From a bacterium (GTDB lineage Bacteria > Patescibacteriota > Patescibacteriia > UBA1558 > UBA10009), in contig JABHGM010000001.1 of NCBI GenBank assembly GCA_018672055.1, forward strand, positions 353,404-417,403: a DNA stretch of 64,000 bases. The letters are read 5' to 3'. The position numbers were made by a program, and so were the translations under genes. Every line of letters starts with the position of its first letter. Positions within the stretch are counted from its first letter, which is position 1. The notes beneath the pieces are model-generated. The model made no database searches, was not told where the DNA came from, and saw only the letters and a list, made by a program, of their open reading frames with translations. This document shows, piece after piece, positions 38,906 through 49,402 of the stretch.

Positions 38906-39313
38906 ATGATAAGTTTATCTATAAACTACAAAGTAAAAATGCCTCTTATCTTTGGAGGCTTTTTAAAAAAGATATCTAAAGTAACTTCAACTAAGCTTAA
39001 AGTTAAAAAAGAGATGGATGTTTCTTTAGTTTTTGTTGGTGAAATGAGAATGAAAAAACTTAATGCAATTTACAGGGGGCAAGATGAAGTAACTGATGTC
39101 TTGTCATTTGGTGAAGTTAATGAAATAGTAATTTGTTTTAAACAAGCCAAGCGTCAAGCTACATCATCAGATACTAGTATTAAGCAAGAAGTAGGTTTCT
39201 TATTCTCTCATGGCTTATTACATCTTTTAGGTTATACTCATAATACAGGGAGTAAGTATAAAAAGATGATTGGTCTTCAAGAAGATATATTAAAAAAGAG
39301 TCTCAAGTCATAA
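38906..39313 (+). CDS. ybeY: rRNA maturation endoribonuclease YbeY
   Basis: H-x3-H-x5-H Zn motif FSHGLLHLLGYTH. Start uncertain: the track ORF begins at 38873 and overlaps the upstream gene; ATG 38906 or 38939 is more plausible. Confidence 0.75.
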   Translation: MISLSINYKVKMPLIFGGFLKKISKVTSTKLKVKKEMDVSLVFVGEMRMKKLNAIYRGQDEVTDVLSFGEVNEIVICFKQAKRQATSSDTSIKQEVGFLFSHGLLHLLGYTHNTGSKYKKMIGLQEDILKKSLKS

Positions 39314-39459
39314 TAACTAGAACAAGTAATTTGTTCAGTAATAAGTTAATTTTGGGGAAAAGTACAAAGGTTGATAATAATACCTTTTTTTAGTATAATT
39401 AATTCACGATGAACTAAATTTATTAGTTTAATTTTTCGTGTAATTAAGGATGATAAATT

Positions 39460-40710
39460 ATGCCTCATGAAAATATAATAACCGGATTAGATATTGGGTC
39501 CAGCTATATCAGAGCTGTTGTCTTAAGAACTAGCGGTGAAGATGGAAATATTGAAATAATTGGCGCTGCTGAAAAGCAAAGCCAGGGTATTTCCAAAGGA
39601 ATGGTTACTGATATTGAAGACGCAGTTTCAAGTATCTCTGAAGTTTTAGAACAACTTGAAAGAATGACTGGTTACCCTGTAGAATCTGCTGTGGTAGGCA
39701 TTTCTGGTACCCATATTAAGACTTTAGAGAGTACAGGTGTTGTAGCAGTAGCTAGAGCTGATAAAGAAATAACTGAAGAAGATGTTGAAAGAGCTATTGA
39801 AGCTGCTCAAGCAGTAGCTACCCCACCAAATCATGAAATACTTCATGTTATACCTCGTGACTTTACAGTAGATAATCAAACTGGGGTAAAAGATCCAGTT
39901 GGTATGAATGGAGTTCGTTTAGAAGTATCAACTCAGATTATAATTGGGCTATCATCACAGATAAAAAACTTAACTAAATCAATATATAGGACAGGTGTTG
40001 ATATTAATGATTTAGTTTTTGGAGTACTAGCTAGTTCTGAAAGTATTTTAGAAAAAAAGCAAAAAGAATTAGGTGTAGCCTTGGTAAACATTGGTAGTCA
40101 TATTACTACTCTTATTGTTTACGAAGAAGGTGATATTTTACATACTGCAGTTTTACCACTTGGTTCAAATCACGTTACTTCTGATATTGCTATTGGTCTA
40201 CGTACTTCTGTTGAAGCTGCTGAAGTTATTAAACTTGAAGTTGCTAAAGCTAGTTGTAAGAAAATTGGTAAACGTGATGAAATAGATTTAGCTAAATTTT
40301 CTGATAGAGAGAATGAAAGAACTATGGTTTCTGTAAAACAGATTTGTGATATATCAGAGGCTAGAGCAGAAGAAATATTTAGTTTAGTTGATAGAGAATT
40401 AAAAATAATAAATCGTTCTGGCTTACTTCCTTCTGGTATTGTTTTAACTGGCGGTGGTTCTAAGTTAGAAGGTTTAGTTGCTATGGCTAAAGATAAATTA
40501 AAATTACCAGTTGTTTTAGGAAAGCCATATGATATTGCTGATAATGCTATTGATAAAGTAAATGATCCAGGTTACTCTACTGCTTTAGGGCTTGCTCTAT
40601 GGGGTAGTCATAGCGGTTACAAGAGATCTAAATTTAATTTACCTAGCTTTTCTTCAGTTGATGATGCAGTAGATAAAATGAAAGATTGGTTTAAAACATT
40701 ACTTCCTTAA
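39460..40710 (+). CDS. ftsA: Cell division protein FtsA
   Basis: 416 aa. Actin-fold (ITGLDIGSSYIRAVV), SHSP-like signature. Confidence 0.93.
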   Translation: MPHENIITGLDIGSSYIRAVVLRTSGEDGNIEIIGAAEKQSQGISKGMVTDIEDAVSSISEVLEQLERMTGYPVESAVVGISGTHIKTLESTGVVAVARADKEITEEDVERAIEAAQAVATPPNHEILHVIPRDFTVDNQTGVKDPVGMNGVRLEVSTQIIIGLSSQIKNLTKSIYRTGVDINDLVFGVLASSESILEKKQKELGVALVNIGSHITTLIVYEEGDILHTAVLPLGSNHVTSDIAIGLRTSVEAAEVIKLEVAKASCKKIGKRDEIDLAKFSDRENERTMVSVKQICDISEARAEEIFSLVDRELKIINRSGLLPSGIVLTGGGSKLEGLVAMAKDKLKLPVVLGKPYDIADNAIDKVNDPGYSTALGLALWGSHSGYKRSKFNLPSFSSVDDAVDKMKDWFKTLLP

Positions 40711-40736
40711 ATTAATATTAATAATTATATATTTAT

Positions 40737-41933
40737 ATGGCTAAATCTAAATCAATAGAAATAAAACCAGATATAGAAACTTTTGCAAAAATTAAAGTGA
40801 TTGGTTTAGGTGGATCAGGTGGATCTGCTATCAATCGCATGATTAAGTCTAAGCTTCATGGTATTGAGTTTATTGCTATAAATACCGATGCTCAGGCTTT
40901 AAATAGTAATAAGGCATCAAAAAAGGTACATATAGGTAGAGAAGCTACTCGTGGTTTAGGTGCTGGTATGGATCCAGAACTAGGTGCTCAAGCTGCTGAA
41001 GAAAATGAAGAAGATATTAGGAAAGCTTTAGATGGAGCTGACATGGTTTTTATAACCTGTGGTTTAGGTGGTGGTACTGGTACAGGCTCTGCTCCAATTG
41101 TAGCTGATATTGCTCGTGAACTTGGTGCTTTAACGGTTGGTGTGGTCACTAAGCCGTTTTCTTTTGAAGGTGCTCAAAGAAAAGGTATTGGAGATAGAGG
41201 TTTAGATAGTTTAACTGATAAGGTTGATACAATAATTACAATTCCTAATGATAGATTATTACAAGTAATTGATAAGAAGACATCTTTACTTGATGCCTTC
41301 GCTATTGTTGATGAAGTTTTAAAACAAGGTGTCCAAGGAATTTCTGAAATAATTACAGTACCAGGACTCGTTAATGTCGATTTCGCTGATGTAAAAGCTA
41401 TTATGAAAGATGCTGGGTCTGCTTTAATGGGTATTGGTAGAGCAAGTGGTGAATCAAGAGCCGTTGATGCAGCTCGTGCTGCTATTGATAGTCCTTTGCT
41501 TGAATTGTCTATTAAAGGTGCTAAAGGAGTTCTCTTCACTATTTCTGGTAGTAAAGATTTAAGTATGCATGAAGTTAACGAAGCCGCCGAGGTAATAACT
41601 TCTTCAGTTGATCAAAATGCTAAAGTTATCTTTGGAGCTATTATTGATGAATCTTTAACTGATGAAGTAAAGATTACAGTAATTGCTACTGGCTTTAATA
41701 CAGCTAGATCAGATGGTGGAGATGTAGATTCAGTTATTAAGGAAGATACTTTTAATACAACACCTGCTTTTGAAAAAATAGTAGAGAAACCTCCAATAGC
41801 AAGTCGTAATCTTTTTTCTAAAAAAGCTAGTAAAAAAGATTCAGCTGAAAAAGTAAGTTTGCCTCCTAAATCAAAAGAAGAAGAAGAATTAGAAATACCA
41901 GCTTTCATTAGAAAAAAGATGGGTAGTAAATAA
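40737..41933 (+). CDS. ftsZ: Cell division GTPase FtsZ
   Basis: 398 aa. Tubulin signature [11 protein letters not shown]7 loop; ftsA-ftsZ order. Confidence 0.97.
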   Translation: MAKSKSIEIKPDIETFAKIKVIGLGGSGGSAINRMIKSKLHGIEFIAINTDAQALNSNKASKKVHIGREATRGLGAGMDPELGAQAAEENEEDIRKALDGADMVFITCGLGGGTGTGSAPIVADIARELGALTVGVVTKPFSFEGAQRKGIGDRGLDSLTDKVDTIITIPNDRLLQVIDKKTSLLDAFAIVDEVLKQGVQGISEIITVPGLVNVDFADVKAIMKDAGSALMGIGRASGESRAVDAARAAIDSPLLELSIKGAKGVLFTISGSKDLSMHEVNEAAEVITSSVDQNAKVIFGAIIDESLTDEVKITVIATGFNTARSDGGDVDSVIKEDTFNTTPAFEKIVEKPPIASRNLFSKKASKKDSAEKVSLPPKSKEEEELEIPAFIRKKMGSK

Positions 41934-41936
41934 TAT

Positions 41937-42413
41937 ATGAAATGTCCTGTTTGTTTAACACAAGATACCAAAGTAAATGATTCTCGATTAATTGATGATG
42001 GTTTCTCAATAAGAAGAAGAAGAGAATGTCAGAAATGTAATTTTAGGTTTTCAACTCAAGAACAGATGGAAATTCTAAATTTAATGGTAATTAAAAGAGA
42101 TGGTAACAAAGAATCATATCAACAAGATAAGATAAAAAGAGGTTTAGAAAGAGCTTTAGAAAAAAGACCATATTCACTAGATCAATTTAAAAAGTTAGTT
42201 AACAGAGTAGAGAGAGATTTTCAGAAAAAAAAGAAAGAAGAAATTACTAGTGAAGAAATAGGTGAGGTCTTAATGAAAAGATTAAAGAGTTTTGATAAGG
42301 TAGCCTATATACGTTTTGCTTCAGTCTATAGATCATTTGAAGATGTTAAGACGTTTCAAAAAGAGTTAAAGAGTTTAGTAAATAAGAGAGTTCAAAAAAA
42401 TAAGAAAAAATAA
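41937..42413 (+). CDS. nrdR: Transcriptional repressor NrdR
   Basis: 158 aa. N-terminal Zn ribbon MKCPVC..D..V.DSR (CxxC..CxxC) plus an ATP-cone. Confidence 0.92.
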   Translation: MKCPVCLTQDTKVNDSRLIDDGFSIRRRRECQKCNFRFSTQEQMEILNLMVIKRDGNKESYQQDKIKRGLERALEKRPYSLDQFKKLVNRVERDFQKKKKEEITSEEIGEVLMKRLKSFDKVAYIRFASVYRSFEDVKTFQKELKSLVNKRVQKNKKK

Positions 42414-42883
42414 TGGAAAGACATTTTAACAGAGTAACTAGAATTATAATTGCCGGAACTTTGGCAATAATTATTTGGATAGTTGGTGTAATAATTGGTC
42501 AAGAACAAACAGTTACTATTTTAAATCCAGAAGGTGGTTTAGGTGGTCTAATTAGCAGAAGTAGAACAGCTCAAGTAAGTTTAATGTTAGATTATGGTAC
42601 AGGTGAAATTAAAGTATATCCGGAGATTAAATTAAGCTATGGTTCATCAGTTTTAGACTTACTTGATCGTATTAATAATTTAGAAAGTGAATTTAATCTA
42701 AACTATACTTTAGAAGATAATATAGAACTTACTTCATTTACTATAAGTGATTATCCAAATATATTAGACGGTAAGAATTGGTTAGTTTGGATTGATAATG
42801 GATTACAAGTTGATGACTATAATCTAATAAAATTAAAGTCAGGTGATAATATAGAATTAAAATATATTAAATTAAAAGAATAA
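42413..42883 (+). CDS. Hypothetical exported protein (DUF4430-like C-terminus)
   Basis: 156 aa. N-terminal TM. C-terminal ..LKSGDNIELKYIKL resembles DUF4430. Confidence 0.45.
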   Translation: MERHFNRVTRIIIAGTLAIIIWIVGVIIGQEQTVTILNPEGGLGGLISRSRTAQVSLMLDYGTGEIKVYPEIKLSYGSSVLDLLDRINNLESEFNLNYTLEDNIELTSFTISDYPNILDGKNWLVWIDNGLQVDDYNLIKLKSGDNIELKYIKLKE

Positions 42884-42887
42884 ATAT

Positions 42888-43247
42888 ATGCCTAATTATC
42901 AAGGCGCTTCATTAGAAGAGCAAGTTAAAGTACTCTTAGAACAAAATTTAGCTTACTCAAAAGAAATATATCATATGTCTAAAAAGATAAAGGGATATAT
43001 TTTATGGGGCAGAATAATGACAACTGTAAGTATAGTTGTTTTTGTTATTTTACCAATTGTAGTTGGTTTCGTGGTTTTACCACCCCTTTTAAATGATGCT
43101 ATGAGTCAATTTTTACCAGCTGGAAGTAAATCAAATACTGGGTTACTTGGTGATGATGCATCGACAACTGATTTAATAGATATGATCAAAAATAGTGGTG
43201 GTGCTTTAAATTATTATCAGCAGATTTTAGATCAAACTAATCAGTGA
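42888..43247 (+). CDS. Hypothetical membrane protein
   Basis: 119 aa, central TM helix. Confidence 0.4.
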   Translation: MPNYQGASLEEQVKVLLEQNLAYSKEIYHMSKKIKGYILWGRIMTTVSIVVFVILPIVVGFVVLPPLLNDAMSQFLPAGSKSNTGLLGDDASTTDLIDMIKNSGGALNYYQQILDQTNQ

Positions 43248-43312
43248 TAAATATTTTAAATAATATATTTACCTCTTTTAATTAGAGGTTTTTATATCTC
43301 TTCTTAAAAAAT

Positions 43313-43918
43313 ATGAATTTGTATCATAATATAAGATTAATAGATGAATTAGGTATTCCGCATCCTAAATGGGAATTTGTTAGGTCAAGTAAAGAATTAA
43401 AAAAATTTCATACTACTAAAGATTATTGTGGTTGGACAATACGTGTTGCTTTTTTTAAAGATAATGATTTTAGAAAACCTATCTATGATAATTGGGTGCC
43501 TAAAAATAAAGTATTAAAAAAAGTAGATGAATTTGCAGAACTAGCTCAAAATGATTATTTTATCGTAGTATACCCATCTTGGAAGTTTAATAAATCAGGT
43601 ACCCTTTTAATTGATGATGACCAATATATAATTGAAGCACATGCAGGTAGTGTTCAAGATTTAATGAGAAAAGGTAATGTAGATACTAGTTTAGTATTTA
43701 ACAGAGAAATGAAATTAATAGATGATAGTATTGGTAATCCAGATTTTTTAACTAAGAAAGAAATAAAGAATATTTTAAAAGCTACAGATATTATTAACAA
43801 GCCTACTATGTTAGAATGGGCTATTGGTCAACAAAATGAATTTAATTTTAATAAATTAGAAGATTTAAAAGTAGCAGGTAAAATGTTAGTAAAAAAATAT
43901 GAAGGAACAGTTAGATAA
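43313..43918 (+). CDS. Hypothetical cytoplasmic protein
   Basis: 201-aa ORF, no recognisable motifs. 3' end overlaps the prfB start by 20 nt. Confidence 0.45.
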   Translation: MNLYHNIRLIDELGIPHPKWEFVRSSKELKKFHTTKDYCGWTIRVAFFKDNDFRKPIYDNWVPKNKVLKKVDEFAELAQNDYFIVVYPSWKFNKSGTLLIDDDQYIIEAHAGSVQDLMRKGNVDTSLVFNREMKLIDDSIGNPDFLTKKEIKNILKATDIINKPTMLEWAIGQQNEFNFNKLEDLKVAGKMLVKKYEGTVR

Positions 43919-44972
43919 AATAAAAGAGCTTAAAAAAAGAATTAAAGATTTAAAATCTAATATTGATTTTAATTCCAAAAAAGAAGAAATAACTAGTTTA
44001 GAAGAAAGAATGAATACACCTAATTTTTGGGGCAATCAAGATGAAGCAACTATGGTTTCACAAAAAGTAGCCGCTCTTAAAGAAGAGATAACTAATTGGA
44101 AAGATATTGATACTGGAATAAAAGATATGTATGATTTAGCTAAAGAAGATGAAGATATTGATTTAAATGATGAGTATGAAATATTAAATAGTAAATTTAA
44201 TAAGTTAGAAATACTTACAGTGTTAAATAATAAATATGATGATTCTAATGCTATATTATCAATTTACGCTGGAGCTGGCGGAGTAGATGCTCAAGATTGG
44301 GCAGAGATGTTACTTAGAATGTATTTAAGATATGCAGAAAAGAAAGATTTTAAAGTTAAAACACTAGATAAGTCAAAAGGTACTGAAGCAGGTATTAAGT
44401 CTGTTACTTTAGAAATAAAAGGTAGATATGCTTATGGTTTTTTAAAATCAGAAAGTGGAGTACATAGATTAGTTAGATTATCTCCATATGATTCTGATAA
44501 TGCTAGACATACTTCTTTTGCTATGGTGGAAATAATACCTGAGATAGAAGTAGATTCTGATTTTGAGATAAAAGATGATGACTTAAAGGTAGATACCTTT
44601 AAAGCTTCAGGTCATGGTGGTCAAAGTGTTAATACAACAGATTCAGCAGTAAGAATAACTCATTTGCCTACTAAAATAACTGTAACCTGTCAAAATGAAA
44701 GATCTCAGCATCAGAATAAAGATACAGCTTTAAAGTATTTAAGAGGTAAGTTGATCAAATATAATGAAACAAAGGTTGAAGCTGAAAGACAAAGACTAAG
44801 AGGTGAATTTACTGAAGCTGCTTGGGGCAATCAAATACGTTCATATGTATTACATCCATATAAGATGGTTAAAGATCACAGAACTAAATATGAAGAAAAA
44901 GATCCAGAACGAGTATTAGATGGAGAGATAGATAAATATATAGAAGAATATTTAAAAAGTCAGATAGAATAA
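43899..44972 (+). CDS. prfB: Peptide chain release factor 2 (contiguous ORF, no +1 frameshift site)
   Basis: 357 aa. GGQ motif (SGHGGQSVNTTDSAVRITHLPT), RF2-type SPF-like tripeptide (SPY). The N-terminus aligns to RF2 from residue 1 in a single frame. Confidence 0.92.
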   Translation: MKEQLDKIKELKKRIKDLKSNIDFNSKKEEITSLEERMNTPNFWGNQDEATMVSQKVAALKEEITNWKDIDTGIKDMYDLAKEDEDIDLNDEYEILNSKFNKLEILTVLNNKYDDSNAILSIYAGAGGVDAQDWAEMLLRMYLRYAEKKDFKVKTLDKSKGTEAGIKSVTLEIKGRYAYGFLKSESGVHRLVRLSPYDSDNARHTSFAMVEIIPEIEVDSDFEIKDDDLKVDTFKASGHGGQSVNTTDSAVRITHLPTKITVTCQNERSQHQNKDTALKYLRGKLIKYNETKVEAERQRLRGEFTEAAWGNQIRSYVLHPYKMVKDHRTKYEEKDPERVLDGEIDKYIEEYLKSQIE

Positions 44973-45003
44973 AAAAAGACCCGTCCTAAGATGGGTCTTT
45001 ATT
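44971..45003. terminator. Bidirectional intrinsic terminator (GACCCGTC-CTAA-GATGGGTC)
   Basis: Read directly between convergent prfB and the membrane-protein gene. Confidence 0.7.
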
Positions 45004-45013
45004 TGGAAATATA

Positions 45014-45541
45014 TTAAATATTAATTATTCCAACCTCATTAGCTATTGCTATATAAGTAAGTATTGATAATGAAGTAGTAGTTAATCCAAGACTAATGAA
45101 GAAGCAACTTTTAAATGCTTTTTCTTTTTTTTGAGGATCAGAATAGTCAACTGCCCAATCAAGATAATCAAGTATATATATGAATAGTATTATAGCGCTT
45201 ATTATAATAAGTATACTACCTGCTATTTTCCATGCTATATGACTTTGAATAAAACTTAATAGAATAAGTATTATTGAGGACAAAAAGCATTGAGTCATAA
45301 AATAGAAAATGATTGGTGATTTTAGATTAATACTACTAACAAAATGTATTTTTGTACCATCAATTTTTAATATTTTAGCTATTAAGAAAAAAGTAATTGG
45401 TAGTAAAAATAATATTATACTAAGTGTACCAGCGGATTTATTATATTCTATTTCACTATGCGCTTGGATGAGCATGAAATCAGTACATATTAATATAGTT
45501 ATTAATGAGACAATAATCTCTCTCGATATTCTAAGTAACAT
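45014..45541 (-). CDS. Paralog 1 of a triplicated polytopic membrane protein family (unknown function)
   Basis: 175 aa, 4-5 TM helices. Shares FYFMTQCFLSSIILILLSF / DYLDWAVDY blocks with the 46305 paralog. Confidence 0.6.
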   Translation of the reverse strand: MLLRISREIIVSLITILICTDFMLIQAHSEIEYNKSAGTLSIILFLLPITFFLIAKILKIDGTKIHFVSSINLKSPIIFYFMTQCFLSSIILILLSFIQSHIAWKIAGSILIIISAIILFIYILDYLDWAVDYSDPQKKEKAFKSCFFISLGLTTTSLSILTYIAIANEVGIINI

Positions 45542-45573
45542 TTATTCTCCTTTTTAAAAAGCAATAATATTGT

Positions 45574-45602
45574 ATTCTAATTTAATTTTATCTATTTGTC
45601 AA
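45574..45602 (-). promoter_or_regulatory. Minus-strand promoter TTGACA-17-TAGAAT for paralog 1, followed by a GGAG ribosome-binding site
   Basis: Reverse complement read directly. Preceded at 45612-45642 by the terminator hairpin of paralog 2. Confidence 0.5.
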
Positions 45603-45656
45603 TTATTGAAATAAAAAACTCTTCATTCAGGAAGAGTTTATGTAGCTACTTAATAT

Positions 45657-46184
45657 TTACCAAGTTAACCAATTTTGAAGAGCAAAATTTTCTAAATATG
45701 TGGGAAGATTATTATATATCCTAACAGTTGGTATCATGATTACTAAATAGAGACAAAGAGTAGTTAATAGACCTATTATTGTCCATTGTTCTTTAGAATT
45801 TATGTACTTATTATATTCGTAATTTCTATCTATTGTATCTGTTAGTAATCTAGTTGCATAATATAGAAGAAATACAATCACTATGAGACCAGGCATGATT
45901 TGAGCTGACGTTGGATTTGCATTTTTCGCTATAAGAAGACCACTAATAGCAATAATTAGGAGCTGACTAACTATTACATAATCTCTTATTTTATTTACTT
46001 CTTTACCTTTTTTATATGGACCAGGATTTAATGAAAATGCCATTAAAATATATACAAAGATACTAATACCAACAGTCATATTATATCCTATAATCGGGGC
46101 AAGGCATATATAAAAAATAAATGTAAATAATAGTCCAATTACTGAAATACCAAAACTTTTACATATCGTATAAAAATTATTCAT
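45657..46184 (-). CDS. Paralog 2 of the membrane protein family
   Basis: 175 aa, polytopic. C-terminal ..LENFALQNWLTW is similar to ..LDYFCLQKYWYLLN of paralog 3. Confidence 0.55.
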   Translation of the reverse strand: MNNFYTICKSFGISVIGLLFTFIFYICLAPIIGYNMTVGISIFVYILMAFSLNPGPYKKGKEVNKIRDYVIVSQLLIIAISGLLIAKNANPTSAQIMPGLIVIVFLLYYATRLLTDTIDRNYEYNKYINSKEQWTIIGLLTTLCLYLVIMIPTVRIYNNLPTYLENFALQNWLTW

Positions 46185-46226
46185 TTTACACTCCTATTTT
46201 TATTTATTTGAAAGATCGTTAATTAC

Positions 46227-46255
46227 AACTTAGTATACATAATATGATTTGTCAA
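46227..46255 (-). promoter_or_regulatory. Minus-strand promoter TTGACA-17-TAAGTT for paralog 2
   Basis: The 26-nt block ATTTGTCAATTATTGAAATAAAAAAC is identical to the block upstream of paralog 1. It is followed (46266-46293) by the terminator hairpin AAACCCGTCTTTACGATGGGTTT of paralog 3. Confidence 0.45.
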
Positions 46256-46304
46256 TTATTGAAATAAAAAACCCATCGTAAAGACGGGTTTATAAGGATT
46301 GATA

Positions 46305-46952
46305 TTAATTAAGTAAGTACCAATATTTTTGTAAACAGAAATAATCTAAGATAGATGATTTATCTGCAGCAACTGTTATTGTTGAGTATGTTATCAGTAT
46401 CAATAATACAGCTGTTAATATGAGACTAACAAAAAACCAGTATTTGTACTTTTGTTCAATATTAAAGAATGGGTGATAAGGCATCGGCGCATGGTGATCA
46501 TAGTAATCAGTTAAAGCATTTACCCACTTAAAATATTTATTTGAAAAATATATCATGATGAGAAAACTAGCTATACTAATAATCATGTTACCTATTTCAT
46601 CAATAAAAGGTTGATAAAATGTACTGACCAAAATTAATATAGTCGCTGAAAGATAAGATTGAGTTACTAAATATAGATTGGTTGGTTTATCATATTTTTT
46701 GGATTCTTCTGAGTAATGGGCTTCTTTAGGATGAGAAAGAGGTTTTTTATATAATTCAAGTATCCATATTCCAGCTGGTGTTATTATTAACATCCATCCA
46801 AGAAAGTGGAATGATTGTTGGAAACTCATTCCAAGCTTTACTCCAAATATAATTAAGCTAATACAATATAGCAAACTTAGTATGGGGTATAAGAAATTAC
46901 GAGATATATTTTTTATTGAATATATTCTTATTTCTTTTTTTGTTGGTACCAT
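46305..46952 (-). CDS. Paralog 3 of the membrane protein family
   Basis: 215 aa, polytopic. Conserved blocks shared with paralogs 1 and 2. Confidence 0.6.
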   Translation of the reverse strand: MVPTKKEIRIYSIKNISRNFLYPILSLLYCISLIIFGVKLGMSFQQSFHFLGWMLIITPAGIWILELYKKPLSHPKEAHYSEESKKYDKPTNLYLVTQSYLSATILILVSTFYQPFIDEIGNMIISIASFLIMIYFSNKYFKWVNALTDYYDHHAPMPYHPFFNIEQKYKYWFFVSLILTAVLLILITYSTITVAADKSSILDYFCLQKYWYLLN

Positions 46953-46990
46953 TAGGTTCTCCTTTATTTTTTAAAAAGCAATAAAGAATT

Positions 46991-47019
46991 ATCTTAACTT
47001 AATTTATATTATTTGTCAA
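46991..47019 (-). promoter_or_regulatory. Minus-strand promoter TTGACA-17-TAAGAT for paralog 3; overlaps a divergent plus-strand TTGTCA-18-TAATAT promoter for cysS
   Basis: Read directly. 5' UTR element ATTGCTTTTTAAAAA..GGAG is shared with paralog 1. Confidence 0.45.
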
Positions 47020-47058
47020 TGTTTAGCCAAAATTCGTAATATATAGTAAAATAGATAT

Positions 47059-48432
47059 ATGAATAAAATATATCTATATAACACTCTAACGCGTAAGAAA
47101 GAGATATTTAAGCCTATACGAGGTAATAAGGTTGGTTTATATACATGTGGTCCTACAGTATATAATTACGCACATATTGGTAATTTAAGAACCTATGTTT
47201 TTGAAGATGTTTTAAGACGTGTTTTAGAATTTAATAAATATCGTGTAAAACATATAATGAATATTACTGATGTTGGGCACTTAACATCAGATGGTGATAC
47301 TGGTGAAGACAAGATAGAAAAAGGAGCAGAGCGAGAAGGTAAGACAGTTTGGCAGATAGCAGAGTACTATACTGATGCTTTTAAAGAACATCTTAATGCT
47401 TTAAATATTTTAATGCCTGATAAATGGGTAAAAGCTACTGACTATATTAAATTACAAATTAAATTAATTAAGAAATTAGAAAAAAAAGGTTTAACATATA
47501 AAATAGCTGATGGTATTTACTTTGATAGCTCTAAGTACAATGAATATGCAAAATTAGCTAAATTAAATATAAAAGGGCAAAGAGAAGGGGCTAGAGTAGA
47601 AGTGAATAAAGAAAAGAAGAATTCAACTGATTTTGCTTTATGGAAATTTAGTCCTAAAGATTCAAAAAGACAAATGGAATGGGCTAGTCCGTGGGGTAAG
47701 GGTTTTCCAGGTTGGCATTTAGAATGTAGTACTCTTAGTATGAAATTCTTAGGTAAAGAGTTTGATATTCATTGTGGAGGCATAGATCATATACCTGTAC
47801 ATCATACTAACGAGAGGGCTCAGAATTGGGGTATAACAGGGAGTGAAGTAGTTAAGTATTGGGTTCATGGAGAATTTTTAATAATGGATAAGAATAAGAT
47901 GGCTAAGAGTGAAGGTAATTTTATTATTCTACAAACTTTGATTGATAAAAAATTTAATCCATTAGCTTATAAGTATTTTATATTACAAGCACATTATAGG
48001 TCTAAGTTAAATTTTTCATATGAAGCATTACAAGCTGCTCAAACTGGTTATGATAATTTAATTAGAACTATTTCTAGTTTTGATAAACCAGGTAAAGTAT
48101 GTAGTAGCTGTTTAGAAAGATTTCAAAAAGCTATTAATAATGATTTAGACACTTCTAAAGCTTTAGCTATACTTCAAGAATTAATTAAATCAGATAAGGC
48201 TAGTTCTGTTAAAAGAGCTACTATAATTGAATTTGATAAAGTATTAGGACTTAATTTAAATCAGTATAAAGAAGAGAAGAAATTAAGTGATGATATAAAA
48301 AAGTTAATTGAAGAAAGGCAAAAGGCAAGAGAGAAGAAAGATTTTAAAAAGTCTGATGAATTAAGAAATAAATTAAAAGAACAAGGTATTAGTATTAAAG
48401 ATTTACCTGATAATAAGTATGAGCTCGATTAA
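47059..48432 (+). CDS. cysS: Cysteinyl-tRNA synthetase
   Basis: 457 aa. HIGH-type (HIGNLRT) and KMSKS-type (KMAKSEGN) motifs. Confidence 0.95.
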   Translation: MNKIYLYNTLTRKKEIFKPIRGNKVGLYTCGPTVYNYAHIGNLRTYVFEDVLRRVLEFNKYRVKHIMNITDVGHLTSDGDTGEDKIEKGAEREGKTVWQIAEYYTDAFKEHLNALNILMPDKWVKATDYIKLQIKLIKKLEKKGLTYKIADGIYFDSSKYNEYAKLAKLNIKGQREGARVEVNKEKKNSTDFALWKFSPKDSKRQMEWASPWGKGFPGWHLECSTLSMKFLGKEFDIHCGGIDHIPVHHTNERAQNWGITGSEVVKYWVHGEFLIMDKNKMAKSEGNFIILQTLIDKKFNPLAYKYFILQAHYRSKLNFSYEALQAAQTGYDNLIRTISSFDKPGKVCSSCLERFQKAINNDLDTSKALAILQELIKSDKASSVKRATIIEFDKVLGLNLNQYKEEKKLSDDIKKLIEERQKAREKKDFKKSDELRNKLKEQGISIKDLPDNKYELD

Positions 48433-48910
48433 AGTTATTGAATATAAAGGAGATAAAAAGGTACTTGTGAAGCTCATTGAAGAGTTACAAGATTATTTAG
48501 TTAAGGTAGATCCATTAAAAAGACGTATAAGATTACCAGAATATGGAGAAATATATATTGATAATCTCTTAAAAGAGATTAGTGAAAATAATGGAATAAT
48601 TTACATTGCAGAATTTAAAAATACGCCAGTGGGTATGATTGCAGGAATTATTGAAGAATTTACTAAAAATGATGAAATAGAATATATTTCTTCTAAACCT
48701 GCAAAAGTTTTAGAATTAATTGTAAGTGAAAAAAATCGTGGGAAAAATATTGGAAAATTACTTATGGATAAAATGGAAGAATATTTTAAAACTAAAGAAT
48801 GCGATATAATTCAGGTTAAAGTATTTGAACCAAATAAAGACGCACATGGTTTTTATAAAAAACTTGGATATCAGGATAGATTTATAGATATGATTAAGGA
48901 ATCTAAATAA
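48419..48910 (+). CDS. GNAT-family N-acetyltransferase
   Basis: 163 aa. Acetyl-CoA binding motif [15 protein letters not shown].. Confidence 0.7.
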   Translation: MSSIKVIEYKGDKKVLVKLIEELQDYLVKVDPLKRRIRLPEYGEIYIDNLLKEISENNGIIYIAEFKNTPVGMIAGIIEEFTKNDEIEYISSKPAKVLELIVSEKNRGKNIGKLLMDKMEEYFKTKECDIIQVKVFEPNKDAHGFYKKLGYQDRFIDMIKESK

Positions 48911-48928
48911 CGCCATTTAATATATTGA

Positions 48929-49327
48929 TTGAATTATAATATGAAAATGGAAGAATACTTTAAAAAGGGTCAAGCATATGTTTGGAAAGAAACGTTTGCA
49001 ATTATCAAAGCAAATAAAATTGATTCACAATCTTTTGTAAATATTGTTGATAAACATGAAATAACTGTTATTATTGATGAAAACAAAATAGATAAAAATA
49101 ATGTAATAGAAATAATGAAAGGATGGAAGATATTTACGCTTGATATTGTTTTCCCATCAACTTTTTGTGGGGTTACAGCTAAAATAGCAAGTGAATTATC
49201 TAAGAAAAATATTAGTATCATGCCAATTGCTGCATATTCAAGAGATCATTTCTTAATAAAAGAAGAAAATATAGTTAAAGCAATAAAAGTATTTGAAAGT
49301 TTAGGAATAAAAATAAAGATATATTAG
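48929..49327 (+). CDS. Small ACT-like domain protein (hypothetical)
   Basis: 132 aa. C-terminal half has a beta-alpha-beta-beta-alpha-beta ACT-like pattern. Confidence 0.4.
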   Translation: MNYNMKMEEYFKKGQAYVWKETFAIIKANKIDSQSFVNIVDKHEITVIIDENKIDKNNVIEIMKGWKIFTLDIVFPSTFCGVTAKIASELSKKNISIMPIAAYSRDHFLIKEENIVKAIKVFESLGIKIKIY

Positions 49328-49402
49328 TAAGTACGAGCTTGACTAATATATATAAATAGTATAATTTGTAACAAACAGGGTCATTAATATGGCGCTGTTT
49401 TT

